From Eledone cirrhosa (lineage: Eukaryota), in contig OZ024743.1 of assembly GCA_964016885.1 (NCBI GenBank), forward strand, positions 133,362,001-133,426,000: 64,000 nt of DNA, written 5' to 3'. The notes under the pieces were generated by a model that ran no database searches, was not told the origin of the DNA, and saw only the letters and a program-made list of their open reading frames with translations. Positions 51,331-63,400 of the stretch are shown here, in pieces. Positions within the stretch are counted from its first letter, which is position 1. The number at the start of each line of letters is the position of its first letter. A program made the position numbers and the translations under genes.

Positions 51331-54300
51331 TTGGTGTTTGGTGCTTGGTGCTTGGTGTTTGGTGTTTGGTGCTTGCTGCTTGCTGCTTGGTGTTTGGTGC
51401 TAGGGGCTTGGTGCTTGGTGTTTCGTGTTTGGTGCTTGGTGCTTGGTGTTTGGTGTTTGGTGCTTGGTGCGTGGGACTTGGTGTTTGGTGCTTGGTGTTT
51501 GGTGCTTGGTGTTTGGTGCTTGGTGCCTGGTGCTTGGTGTTTGGTGTTTGGTGCTTGGTGTTTGGTGCTTGTTGTTTGGTGCTTGGTGTTCGGTGCTTGG
51601 TGCTTGGTGCTTGGTGCTTGGTGTTTGGTGTTTGGTGCTTGGTGCTTGGTGTTTGATGTTTGGTCCTTGGTGCTTGGTGTTTGGTGTTGTGTGCTTGGTG
51701 CTTGGTGTGTGGCGTTTGCTGTTTGCTGTTTGGTGGTTGGTGTTTGCTGTTTGGTGTTTGCTGTTTGGTGTTTGGTGTTTGGTGCTTGCTGTTTGGTGCT
51801 TGGTGCTTGGTGTTTGGTGCTTGGTGTTTGGTGCTTGGTGCTTGGTGCTGGGTGTTTGGTGCTTGGTGCTTGGTGTTTGGTGCTTGGTGCTTGGTGCTTG
51901 GTGTTTGGTCCTTGGTGCTTGGTGCTTGGTCTTTGGTGCTTGGGTTTTGGTGTTTGGTGCTTGGTGCTTGGTGTTTGGTGCTTGGTGCTTGGTGCTTGGT
52001 GTTTGGTGCTTGCTGCTTGGTGCTTGGTGTTTGGTGCTTGGTGCTTGGTGATTAGTGTTTGGTGATTGGTGCTTGGGGTTTGGTGTTTGGGGCTTGGTGT
52101 TTGGTGCTTGGTGCTTGCTGTTTGGTGTTTGGTGTTTGGTTCTTGGTGCTTGGTGTTTGGTATTTGGTGTTTGGTGCTTGGTGCTTGGTGCTTGGTGTTT
52201 GGTGCTTGGTGCTTGGTGCTTGGTGTTTGGTGCTGCGTGCTTGGTGTTTGGTGTTTGGTGCTTGGTGCCTGGGGCTTGTTGTTTGGTGTTTGGTGCTTAG
52301 TGCTTGGTGTTTGGTGTTTGGTGCTTGGTGCTTGGTGGCTGGTGCTTGGTGCTTGGTGTTTGGAGTTTGGTGCTTGGTGCTTGGTGTCTGGTGTTTCGTG
52401 CTTGGTGCTTGGTGCTTGGTGTTTGGTGTTTGGTGCTTGGTGTTTGGTGCTTGGTGTTTGGTGCTTGGTTCTTGGTGCTTGGTGTTAGGTGTTTGGTGCT
52501 TGGTGCTTGGTGTTTGATGTTTGGTCCTTGGTGCTTTTTGTTTGGTTTTTGGTGTTTGGTGCTTGGTGTTTGGTGTTTGGTGCTTGCTGCTTGCTGCTTG
52601 GTGTTTGGTGCTTGGTGATTGGTGCTTGGTGTTTTATGCTTGGTGCTTGGTGTTTGGTCTTTGGTGCTAGGGGCTTGGTGCTTGATGCTTGATGTTTGGT
52701 GCTTGGTGCGTGCTGTTTGGTGTTTGGTGCTTGGTGCGTGGGACTTAGTGTTTGGTGTTTGGTGCTTGGTGTTTTGTGCTTGGTGTTTGGTGCTTGGTGC
52801 TTGGTGTTTGGTGTTTGGTGCTTGGTGCTTGGGGCTTGGTGTTTGGTGCTTAGTGTTTGGTGCTTGGTGTTTGGTGCTTGGTGCTTGGTGCTTGGTGTTT
52901 GGTGTATGGTGTTTGGTGCTTGTTGTTTGGTGCTTGGTGCTTGGTGATTAGTGTTTGGTGCTTGGTGCTTGCGGTTTGGTGTTTGGTGCTTGGGGTTTGG
53001 TGTTTGGTGCTTGGTGATTGGTGCTTGGTCTTTGGTGCTTGGTGTTTGGTGTTTGGTGCTTGGTGCTTGGTGTTTGGTGTTTGGTGCTTGCTGCTTGCTG
53101 CTTGGTGTTTGGTGCTAGGGACTTGGTGCTTGGTGTTTCGTGTTTGGTGCTTGGTGCTTGGTGTTTGGTGTTTGGTGCTTGGTGCGTGGGACTTGGTGTT
53201 TGGTGCTTGGTGTTTGGTGCTTGGTGTTTGGTGCTTGGTGCCTGGTGCTTGGTGTTTGGTGTTTGGTGCTTGGTGTTTGGTGCTTGTTGTTTGGTGCTTG
53301 GTGTTCGGTGCTTGGTGATTGGTGCTTGGTGCTTGGTGTTTGGTCCTTGGTGCTTGGTGTTTGGTGTTGTGTGCTTGGTGCTTGGTGCTTGGTGTTTGGT
53401 GCTTGGTGCTTGGTGCTTGGTGTTTGGCGTTTGCTGTTTGCTGTTTGGTGGTTGCTGTTTGCTCTTTGGTGTTTGCTGTTTGGTGTTTGGTGTTTGGTGC
53501 TTGCTGTTTGGTGCTTGGTGCTTGGTGTTTGGTGTTTGGTGCTTGGTGTTTGGTGCTTGGTGCTTGGTGCTGGGTGTTTGGTGCTTGGTGCTTGGTGTTT
53601 GGTGCTTGGTGCTTGGTGCTTGGTGTTTGGTCCTTGGTGCTTGGTGCTTGGTCTTTGGTGCTTGGGTTTTGGTGTTTGGTGCTTGGTGCTTGGTGTTTGG
53701 TGCTTGGTGCTTGGTGCTTGGTGTTTGGTGCTTGCTGCTTGGTGCTTGGTGTTTGGTGCTTGGTGCTTGGTGATTAGTGTTTGGTGATTGGTGCTTGGGG
53801 TTTGGTGTTTGGGGCTTGGTGTTTGGTGCTTGGTGCTTGCTGTTTGGTGTTTGGTGTTTGGTTCTTGGTGCTTGGTGTTTGGTATTTGGTGTTTGGTGCT
53901 TGGTGCTTGGTGCTTGGTGTTTGGTGCTTGGTGCTTGGTGCTTGGTGTTTGGTGCTGCGTGCTTGGTGTTTGGTGTTTGGTGCTTGGTGCCTGGGGCTTG
54001 TTGTTTGGTGTTTGGTGCTTAGTGCTTGGTGTTTGGTGTTTGGTGCTTGGTGCTTAGTGGCTGGTGCTTGGTGCTTGGTGTTTGGAGTTTGGTGCTTGGT
54101 GCTTGGTGTCTGGTGTTTCGTGCTTGGTGCTTGGTGCTTGGTGTTTGGTGTTTGGTGCTTGGTGTTTGGTGCTTGGTGTTTGGTGCTTGGTTCTTGGTGC
54201 TTGGTGTTAGGTGTTTGGTGCTTGGTGCTTGGTGTTTGATGTTCGGTCCTTGGTGCTTGTTGTTTGGTGTTTGGTCCTTGGTGCTTGGTGCTTGGTCTTT

Positions 54301-57300
54301 GGTGCTTGGGTTTTGGTGTTTGGTGCTTGGTGCTTGGTGTTTGGTGCTTGGTGCTTGGTGCTTGGTGTTTGGTGCTTGCTGCTTGGTGCTTGGTGTTTGG
54401 TGCTTGGTGCTTGGTGATTAGTGTTTGGTGATTGGTGCTTGGGGTTTGGTGTTTGGGGCTTGGTGTTTGGTGCTTGGTGCTTGCTGTTTGGTGTTTGGTG
54501 TTTGGTTCTTGGTGCTTGGTGTTTGGTATTTGGTGTTTGGTGCTTGGTGCTTGGTGCTTGGTGTTTGGTGCTTGGTGCTTGGTGCTTGGTGTTTGGTGCT
54601 GCGTGCTTGGTGTTTGGTGTTTGGTGCTTGGTGCCTGGGGCTTGTTGTTTGGTGTTTGGTGCTTAGTGCTTGGTGTTTGGTGTTTGGTGCTTGGTGCTTA
54701 GTGGCTGGTGCTTGGTGCTTGGTGTTTGGAGTTTGGTGCTTGGTGCTTGGTGTCTGGTGTTTCGTGCTTGGTGCTTGGTGCTTGGTGTTTGGTGTTTGGT
54801 GCTTGGTGTTTGGTGCTTGGTGTTTGGTGCTTGGTTCTTGGTGCTTGGTGTTAGGTGTTTGGTGCTTGGTGCTTGGTGTTTGATGTTCGGTCCTTGGTGC
54901 TTGTTGTTTGGTGTTTGGTGCTTGGTGCTTGGTGTTTGGCGTTTGGTGCTTGCTGCTTGCTGCTTGGTGTTTGGTGCTTGGTGATTGGTGCTTGGTGTTT
55001 TATGCTTGGTGCTTGGTGTTTGGTGTTTGGTGCTAGGGACTTGGTGCTTGATGCTTGATGTTTGGTGCTTGGTGCTTGCTGTTTGGTGTTTGGTGCTTGG
55101 TGCGTGGGACTTAGTGTTTGGTGTTTGGTGCTTGGTGTTTTGTGCTTGGTGTTTGGTGCTTGGTGCTTGGTGTTTGGTGTTTGGTGCTTGGTGCTTGGGG
55201 CTTGGTGTTTGGTGCTTAGTGTTTGGTGCTTGGTGTTTGGTGCTTGGTGCTTGGTGCTTGGTGCTTGGTGATTAGTGTTTGGTGCTTGGTGCTTGCGGTT
55301 TGGTGTTTGGTGCTTGGGGTTTGGTGTTTGGTGCTTGGTTCTTGGTGCTTGGTCTTTGGTGCTTGGTGTTTGGTGTTTGATGTTAGGTTCTTGGTGCTTG
55401 GTGTTTGGTGTTTGGTGCTTGGTGCTTGGTGTTTGGTGTTTGGTGCTTGCTGCTTGGTGCTTGGTGTTTTGTGTTTGCAGTTTGGTGCTTGGTGTTTGGT
55501 GCTTCGGTCTTGGTGTTTGGTGTTTGGTGCTTGGTGCCTGGGGCTTGTTGTTTGGTGTTTGGTGCTTAGTGCTTGGTGTTTGGTGTTTGGTGCTTGGTGC
55601 TTGGTGGCTGGTGCTTGGTGCTTGGTGTTTGCAGTTTGGTGCTTGGTGCTTGGTGCCTGGTGTTTGGTGCTTGGTGCTTGGTGCTTGGTGTTTGGTGTTT
55701 GGTGCTTGGTGTTTGGTGTTTGGTACTTGGTGCTTGGTGCTTGGTGTTTGGTGCTTGGTGTTTGGTGCTTGGTGCTTGGTGCTTGGTGCTTGGTGTTTGA
55801 TGTTTGGTCCTTGGTGCTTGTTGTTTGGTGTTTGGTGCTTCGTGCTTGGTGTTTGGTGTTTGGTGCTTGCTGCTTGCTGCTTGGTGTTTGGTGCTTGGTG
55901 ATTGGTGCTTGGTGTTTTGTGCTTGGTGCTTGGTGTTTGGTGTTTGCTGCTAGGGGCTTGGTGCTTGATGCTTGGTGTGTGGTGCTTGGTGCTTGCTGTT
56001 TGGTGTTTGGTGCTTGGTGCGTGGGACTTAGTGTTTGGTGTTTGGTGCTTGGTGTTTGGTGCTTGGTGCTTGGTGTTTGGTGTTTGGTGCTTGGTGCTTG
56101 GGGCTTGGTCTTTGGTGCTTAGTGTTTGGTGCTTGGTGTTTGGTGCTTGGTGCTTGGTGCCTGGTGTTTGGTGTTTGGTGTTTGGTGCTTGGTGTTTGGT
56201 GCTTGGTGCTTGGTGCTGGTGGTTGGTGTTTGGTGTTTGGTGCTTGGTGCTTGGTGCTTATTGTTTGGTGCTTGGTGCTTGGTGCTTGGTGCTTGGTCTT
56301 TGCTGCTTGGTGTTTGGTGTTTGGTGCTTGGTGCCTGGTGTTTGGCGCTTGGTGCTTGGTGCTTGGTGTTTGGTGCTTGGTTTTTGGTGCTTGGTGATTA
56401 GGGTTTGGTGCTTGGTGCTTGGTGCCTGGTGCTTGGTGCTTGGTGCTTGATGTTTGGTGCTTGGTGCTTGGTTATTAGTGTTTGGTGCTTGGTGCTTGGT
56501 GTTTGGTGCTTGGTGCTTGGTGTTTGGTGCTTGGTGCTTTGTGTTTGGTGCTTGGTGTTTGGTGCTTGGTGCTTGGTGCTTGGTGCTTGGTGTTAGGTGT
56601 TTGGTGCTTGATGATTGGTGTTTGATGTTAGGTTCTTGGTGATTGGTGTTTGGTGTTTGGTGCTTGGGGCTTGGTGTTTGGTGTTTGGTGCTTGCTGCTT
56701 GGTGCTTGGTGTTTTGTGTTTGGATTTTGGTGCTTGGTGTTTGGTGCTTCGGTCTTGGTGTTTGGTGTTTGGTGCTTGGTGCTTGGTGTTTGGTGTTTGG
56801 TGCCTGGTGCTTGGTGTTCGGTGCTTGGTGTTTGGTGTTTGGTGATTGGTGCTTGTTGTTTGGTGCTTGGTGCTTGGTGCTTGGTGTTAGGCGTTTGGTC
56901 CTTGGTGCTTGGTGTTTGTTGTTTGGTCCATTGTGCTTGGTGTTTGGTATTTTGTGCTTGGTGCTTGGTGTTTGGTGTTTGGTGCTTGGTGCCTGGTGTT
57001 TGGTGTTTGGTGCTTGCTGCTTGCTGCTTGGTGTTTGGTGCTAGGGGCTTGGTGCTTGGTGTTTCGTGTTTGGTGCTTGGTGCTTGGTGTTTGGTGTTTG
57101 GTGCTTGGTGCGTGGGACTTGGTGTTTGGTGCTTGGTGTTTGGTGCTTGGTGTTTGGTGCTTGGTGCCTCGTGCTTGGTGTTTGGTGTTTGGTGCTTGGT
57201 GTTTGGTGCTTGTTGTTTGGTGCTTGGTGTTCGGTGCTTGGTGCTTGGTGCTTGGTGCTTGGTGTTTGGTGTTTGGTGCTTGGTGCTTGGTGTTTGATGT

Positions 57301-60300
57301 TTGGTCCTTGGTGCTTGGTGTTTGGTGTTGTGTGCTTGGTGCTTGGTGTTTGGCGTTTGCTGTTTGCTGTTTGGTGGTTGGTGTTTGCTGTTTGGTGTTT
57401 GCTGTTTGGTGTTTGGTGTTTGGTGCTTGCTGTTTGGTGCTTGGTGCTTGGTGTTTGGTGTTTGGTGCTTGGTGTTTGGTGCTTGGTGCTTGGTGCTGGG
57501 TGTTTGGTGCTTGGTGCTTGGTGTTTGGTGCTTGGTGCTTGGTGCTTGGTGTTTGGTCCTTGGTGCTTGGTGCTTGGTCTTTGGTGCTTGGGTTTTGGTG
57601 TTTGGTGCTTGGTGCTTGGTGTTTGGTGCTTGGTGCTTGGTGCTTGGTGTTTGGTGCTTGCTGCTTGGTGCTTGGTGTTTGGTGCTTGGTGCTTGGTGAT
57701 TAGTGTTTGGTGATTGGTGCTTGGGGTTTGGTGTTTGGGGCTTGGTGTTTGGTGCTTGGTGCTTGCTGTTTGGTGTTTGGTGTTTGGTTCTTGGTGCTTG
57801 GTGTTTGGTATTTGGTGTTTGGTGCTTGGTGCTTGGTGCTTGGTGTTTGGTGCTTGGTGCTTGGTGCTTGGTGTTTGGTGCTGCGTGCTTGGTGTTTGGT
57901 GTTTGGTGCTTGGTGCCTGGGGCTTGTTGTTTGGTGTTTGGTGCTTAGTGCTTGGTGTTTGGTGTTTGCTGCTTGGTGCTTGGTGGCTGGTGCTTGGTGC
58001 TTGGTGTTTGGAGTTTGGTGCTTGGTGCTTGGTGTCTGGTGTTTCGTGCTTGGTGCTTGGTGCTTGGTGTTTGGTGTTTGGTGCTTGGTGTTTGGTGCTT
58101 GGTGTTTGGTGCTTGGTTCTTGGTGCTTGGTGTTAGGTGTTTGGTGCTTGGTGCTTGGTGTTTGATGTTTGGTCCTTGGTGCTTGTTGTTTGGTGTTTGG
58201 TGCTTGGTGCTTGGTGTTTGGTGTTTGGTGCTTGCTGCTTGCTGCTTGGTGTTTGGTGCTTGGTGATTGGTGCTTGGTGTTTTATGCTTGGTGCTTGGTG
58301 TTTGGTGTTTGGTGCTAGGGGCTTGGTGCTTGATGCGTGATGTTTGGTGCTTGGTGCGTGCTGTTTGGTGTTTGGTGCTTGGTGCGTGGGACTTAGTGTT
58401 TGGTGTTTGGTGCTTGGTGTTTTGTGCTTGGTGTTTGGTGCTTGGTGCTTGGTGTTTGGTGTTTGGTGCTTGGTGCTTGGGGCTTGGTGTTTGGTGCTTA
58501 GTGTTTGGTGCTTGGTGTTTGGTGCTTGGTGCTTGGTGCTTGGTGTTTGGTGTATGGTGTTTGGTGCTTGTTGTTTGGTGCTTGGTGCTTGGTGATTAGT
58601 GTTTGGTGCTTGGTGCTTGCGGTTTGGTGTATGGTGCTTGGGGTTTGGTGTTTGGTGCTTGGTGATTGGTGCTTGGTCTTTGGTGCTTGGTGTTTGGTGT
58701 TTGGTGCTTGGTGCTTGGTGTTTGGTGTTTGGTGCTTGCTGCTTGCTGCTTGGTGTTTGGTGCTAGGGGCTTGGTGCTTGGTGTTTCGTGTTTGGTGCTT
58801 GGTGCTTGGTGTTTGGTGTTTGGTGCTTGGTGCGTGGGACTTGGTGTTTGGTGCTTGGTGTTTGGTGCTTGGTGTTTGGTGCTTGGTGCCTGGTGCTTGG
58901 TGTTTGGTGTTTGGTGCTTGGTGTTTGGTGCTTGTTGTTTGGTGCTTGGTGTTCGGTGCTTGGTGATTGGTGCTTGGTGCTTGGTGTTTGGTGTTTGGTG
59001 CTTGGTGCTTGGTGTTTGATGTTTGGTCCTTGGTGCTTGGTGTTTGGTGTTGTGTGCTTGGTGCTTGGTGCTTGGTGTTTGGTGCTTGGTGCTTGGTGCT
59101 TGGTGTTTGGCGTTTGCTGTTTGCTGTTTGGTGGTTGGTGTTTGCTGTTTGGTGTTTGCTGTTTGGTGTTTGGTGTTTGGTGCTTGCTGTTTGGTGCTTG
59201 GTGCTTGGTGTTTGGTGTTTGGTGCTTGGTGTTTGGTGCTTGGTGCTTGGTGCTGGGTGTTTGGTGCTTGGTGCTTGGTGTTTGGTGCTTGGTGCTTGGT
59301 GCTTGGTGTTTGGTCCTTGGTGCTTGGTGCTTGGTCTTTGGTGCTTGGGTTTTGGTGTTTGGTGCTTGGTGCTTGGTGTTTGGTGCTTGGTGCTTGGTGC
59401 TTGGTGTTTGGTGCTTGCTGCTTGGTGCTTGGTGTTTGGTGCTTGGTGCTTGGTGATTAGTGTTTTGTGATTGGTGCTTGGGGTTTGGTGTTTGGGGCTT
59501 GGTGTTTGGTGCTTGGTGCTTGCTGTTTGGTGTTTGGTGTTTGGTTCTTGGTGCTTGGTGTTTGGTATTTGGTGTTTGGTGCTTGGTGCTTGGTGCTTGG
59601 TGTTTGGTGCTTGGTGCTTGGTGCTTGGTGTTTGGTGCTGCGTGCTTGGTGTTTGGTGTTTGGTGCTTGGTGCCTGGGGCTTGTTGTTTGGTGTTTGGTG
59701 CTTAGTGCTTGGTGTTTGGTGTTTGGTGCTTGGTGCTTAGTGGCTGGTGCTTGGTGCTTGGTGTTTGGAGTTTGGTGCTTGGTGCTTGGTGTCTGGTGTT
59801 TCGTGCTTGGTGCTTGGTGCTTGGTGTTTGGTGTTTGGTGCTTGGTGTTTGGTGCTTGGTTCTTGGTGCTTGGTGTTAGGTGTTTGGTGCTTGGTGCTTG
59901 GTGTTTGATGTTTGGTCCTTGGTGCTTGTTGTTTGGTGTTTGGTGCTTGGTGCTTGGTGTTTGGTGTTTGGTGCTTGCTGCTTGCTGCTTGGTGTTTGGT
60001 GCTTGGTGATTGGTGCTTGGTGTTTTATGCTTGGTGCTTGGTGTTTGGTGTTTGGTGCTAGGGACTTGGTGCTTGATGCTTGATGTTTGGTGCTTGGTGC
60101 TTGCTGTTTGGTGTTTGGTGCTTGGTGCGTGGGACTTAGTGTTTGGTGTTTGGTGCTTGGTGTTTTGTGCTTGGTGTTTGGTGCTTGGTGCTTGGTGTTT
60201 GGTGTTTGGTGCTTGGTGCTTGGGGCTTGGTGTTTGGTGCTTAGTGTTTGGTGCTTGGTGTTTGGTGCTTGGTGCTTGGTGCTTGGTGTTTGGTGTATGG

Positions 60301-60400
60301 TGTTTGGTGCTTGTTGTTTGGTGCTTGGTGCTTGGTGATTAGTGTTTGGTGCTTGGTGCTTGCGGTTTGGTGTTTGGTGCTTGGGGTTTGGTGTTTGGTG
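51330..60400 (+). repeat. ~5.65-kb-offset duplication (~51330-54230 repeated at ~56960-59900) built from ~1.72-1.76-kb units
   Basis: ORF offsets 51425/57066, 51660/57301 (5641); 52055/57703, 52619/58267, 53018/58666 (5648). Unit periods 52055/53777 (1722), 57703/59460 (1757), 58267/60010 (1743). Confidence 0.85.
53620..54910 (+). repeat. 644-bp (92-monomer) tandem duplication
   Basis: Identical ORFs 53777/54421, 53781/54425, 53788/54432. Shared variants CTTAGTGGCTGG and GATGTTCGGTCC occur in both copies. Confidence 0.88.
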
Positions 60401-63400
60401 CTTGGTGCTTGGTGCTTGGTCTTTGGTGCTTGGTGTTTGGTGTTTGGTGCTTGGTGCTTGGTGTTTGGCGCTTGGTGCTTGGTGCTTGGTGTTTGGTGCT
60501 TGGTGCTTGGTGCTTGGTGATTAGTGTTTGGTGCTTGGTGCTTGGTGCCTGGTGCTTAGTGCTTGGTGCTTGTTGTTTGGTGCTTGGTGCTTGGTGATTA
60601 GTGTTTCGTGCTTGGTGCTTGGGGTTTGGTGTTTGGTGCTTGGGGTTTGGTGTTTGGTGCTTGGTGCATGGTGTTTGGTGCTTGGTGCTTGGTGTTTGGT
60701 GCTTGGTGCTTTGTGTTTGGTGCTTGGTGTTTGGTACTTGGTGCTTGGTGCTTGGTGCTTGGTGTTAGGTGTTTGGTGCTTGGTGATTGGTGTTTGATGT
60801 TAGGTTCTTGGTGCTTGGTGTTTGGTGTTTGGTGCTTGGTGCTTGGTGTTTGGTGTTTGGTGCTTGCTGCTTGGTGCTTGGTGTTTTGTGTTTGGAGTTT
60901 GGTGCTTGGTGTTTGGTGCTTGGTGCTTGGTGTTTGGTGTTTGGTGCCTGGTGCTTGGTGTTTGGTGCTTGGTGTTTGGTGTTTGGTGATTGGTGCTTGG
61001 TGTTTGGTGCTTGGTGCATGGTGCTTGGTGCTTGGTGTTAGGCGTTTGGTGCTTGGTGCTTGGTGTTTGATGTTTGGTCCTTGGTGCTTGGTGTTTGGTA
61101 TTTGGTGCTTGGTGCTTGGTGTTTGGTGTTTGGTGCTTGCTGCTTGCTGCTTGGTGTTTGGTGCTAGGGGCTTGGTGCTTGGTGTTTGATGTTTGGTCCT
61201 TGGTGCTTGGTGTTTGGTATTTGGTGATTGGTGCTTGGTGTTTGGTGTTTGGTGCTTGCTGCTTGCTGCTTGGTGTTTGGTGCTAGGGGCTTGGTGTTTG
61301 GTGCTTGGTGTTTGGTGCTTGGTGTTTGGTGCTTGGTGCCTGGTGCTTGGTGTTTGGTGTTTGGTGCTTGGTGTTTGGTGCTTGGTGTTTGGTACTTGGT
61401 GTTCGGTGCTTGGTGCTTGGTGCTTGGTGTTTGGTGTTTGGTGCTTGGTGCTTGGTGCTTGGTGTTTGATGTTTGGTCCTTGGTGCTTGGTGTTTGGTGT
61501 TGTGTGCTTGGTGCTTGGTGCTTGGTGTTTGGTGCTTGGTGCTTGGTGCTTGGTGTTTGGCGTTTGCCGTTTGCTGTTTGCTGTTTGGTGTTTGCTGTTT
61601 GGTGTTTGCTGTTTGGTGTTTGGTGTTTGGTGCTTGCTGTTTGGTGCTTGGTGCTTGGTGTTTGGTGTTTGGTGCTTGGTGTTTGGTGCTTGGTGCTTGG
61701 TGCTGGGTGTTTGGTGCTTGGTGCTTGGTGTTTGGTGCTTGGTGCTTGGTGCTTGGTGTTTGGTCCTTGGTGCTTGGTGCTTGGTGTTTGGTGCTTGGGT
61801 TTTGGTGTTTGGTGCTTGGTGCTTGGTGTTTGGTGCTTGGTGCTTGGTGCTTGGTGCTTGGTGTTTGGTGCTTGCTGCTTGGTGCTTGGTGTTTGGTGCT
61901 TGGTGCTTGGTGATTAGTGTTTGGTGATTGGTGCTTGGGGTTTGGTGTTTGGGGCTTGGTGTTTGGTGCTTGGTGCTTGCTGTTTGGTGTTTGGTGTTTG
62001 GTTCTTGGTGCTTGGTGTTTGGTGTTTGGTGTTTGGTGCTTGGTGCTTGGTGCTTGGTGTTTGGTGCTTGGTGCTTGGTGCTTGGTGTTTGGTGCTGCGT
62101 GCTTGGTGTTTGGTGTTTGGTGCTTGGTGCTTGGGGCTTGGTGTTTGGTGCTTAGTGTTTGGTGCTTGGTGTTTGGTGCTTGGTGCTTGGTGCTTGGTGT
62201 TTGGTGTATGGTGTTTGGTGCTTGTTGTTTGGTGCTTGGTGCTTGGTGATTAGTGTTTGGTGCTTGGTGCTTGCGGTTTGGTGTATGGTGCTTGGGGTTT
62301 GGTGTTTGGTGCTTGGTGATTGGTGCTTGGTCTTTGGTGCTTGGTGTTTGGTGTTTGGTGCTTGGTGCTTGGTGTTTGGTGTTTGGTGCTTGCTGCTTGC
62401 TGCTTGGTGTTTGGTGCTAGGGGCTTGGTGCTTGGTGTTTCGTGTTTGGTGCTTGGTGCTTGGTGTTTGGTGTTTGGTGCTTGGTGCGTGGGACTTGGTG
62501 TTTGGTGCTTGGTGTTTGGTGCTTGGTGTTTGGTGCTTGGTGCCTGGTGCTTGGTGTTTGGTGTTTGGTGCTTGGTGTTTGGTGCTTGTTGTTTGGTGCT
62601 TGGTGTTCGGTGCTTGGTGATTGGTGCTTGGTGCTTGGTGTTTGGTGTTTGGTGCTTGGTGCTTGGTGTTTGATGTTTGGTCCTTGGTGTTTGGTGTTTG
62701 GTGTTGTGTGCTTGGTGCTTGGTGCTTGGTGTTTGGTGCTTGGTGCTTGGTGCTTGGTGTTTGGCGTTTGCTGTTTGCTGTTTGGTGGTTGGTGTTTGCT
62801 GTTTGGTGTTTGCTGTTTGGTGTTTGGTGTTTGGTGCTTGCTGTTTGGTGCTTGGTGCTTGGTGTTTGGTGTTTGGTGCTTGGTGTTTGGTGCTTGGTGC
62901 TTGGTGCTGGGTGTTTGGTGCTTGGTGCTTGGTGTTTGGTGCTTGGTGCTTGGTGCTTGGTGTTTGGTCCTTGGTGCTTGGTGCTTGGTCTTTGGTGCTT
63001 GGGTTTTGGTGTTTGGTGCTTGGTGCTTGGTGTTTGGTGCTTGGTGCTTGGTGCTTGGTGTTTGGTGCTTGCTGCTTGGTGCTTGGTGTTTGGTGCTTGG
63101 TGCTTGGTGATTAGTGTTTGGTGATTGGTGCTTGGGGTTTGGTGTTTGGGGCTTGGTGTTTGGTGCTTGATGCTTGCTGTTTGGTGTTTGGTGTTTGGTT
63201 CTTGGTGCTTGGTGTTTGGTATTTGGTGTTTGGTGCTTGGTGCTTGGTGCTTGATGTTTGGTGCTTGGTGCTTGGTGCTTGGTGTTTGGTGCTGCGTGCT
63301 TGGTGTTTGGTGTTTGGTGCTTGGTGCCTGGGGCTTGTTGTTTGGTGTTTGGTGCTTAGTGCTTGGTGTTTGGTGTTTGGTGCTTGGTGCTTAGTGGCTG

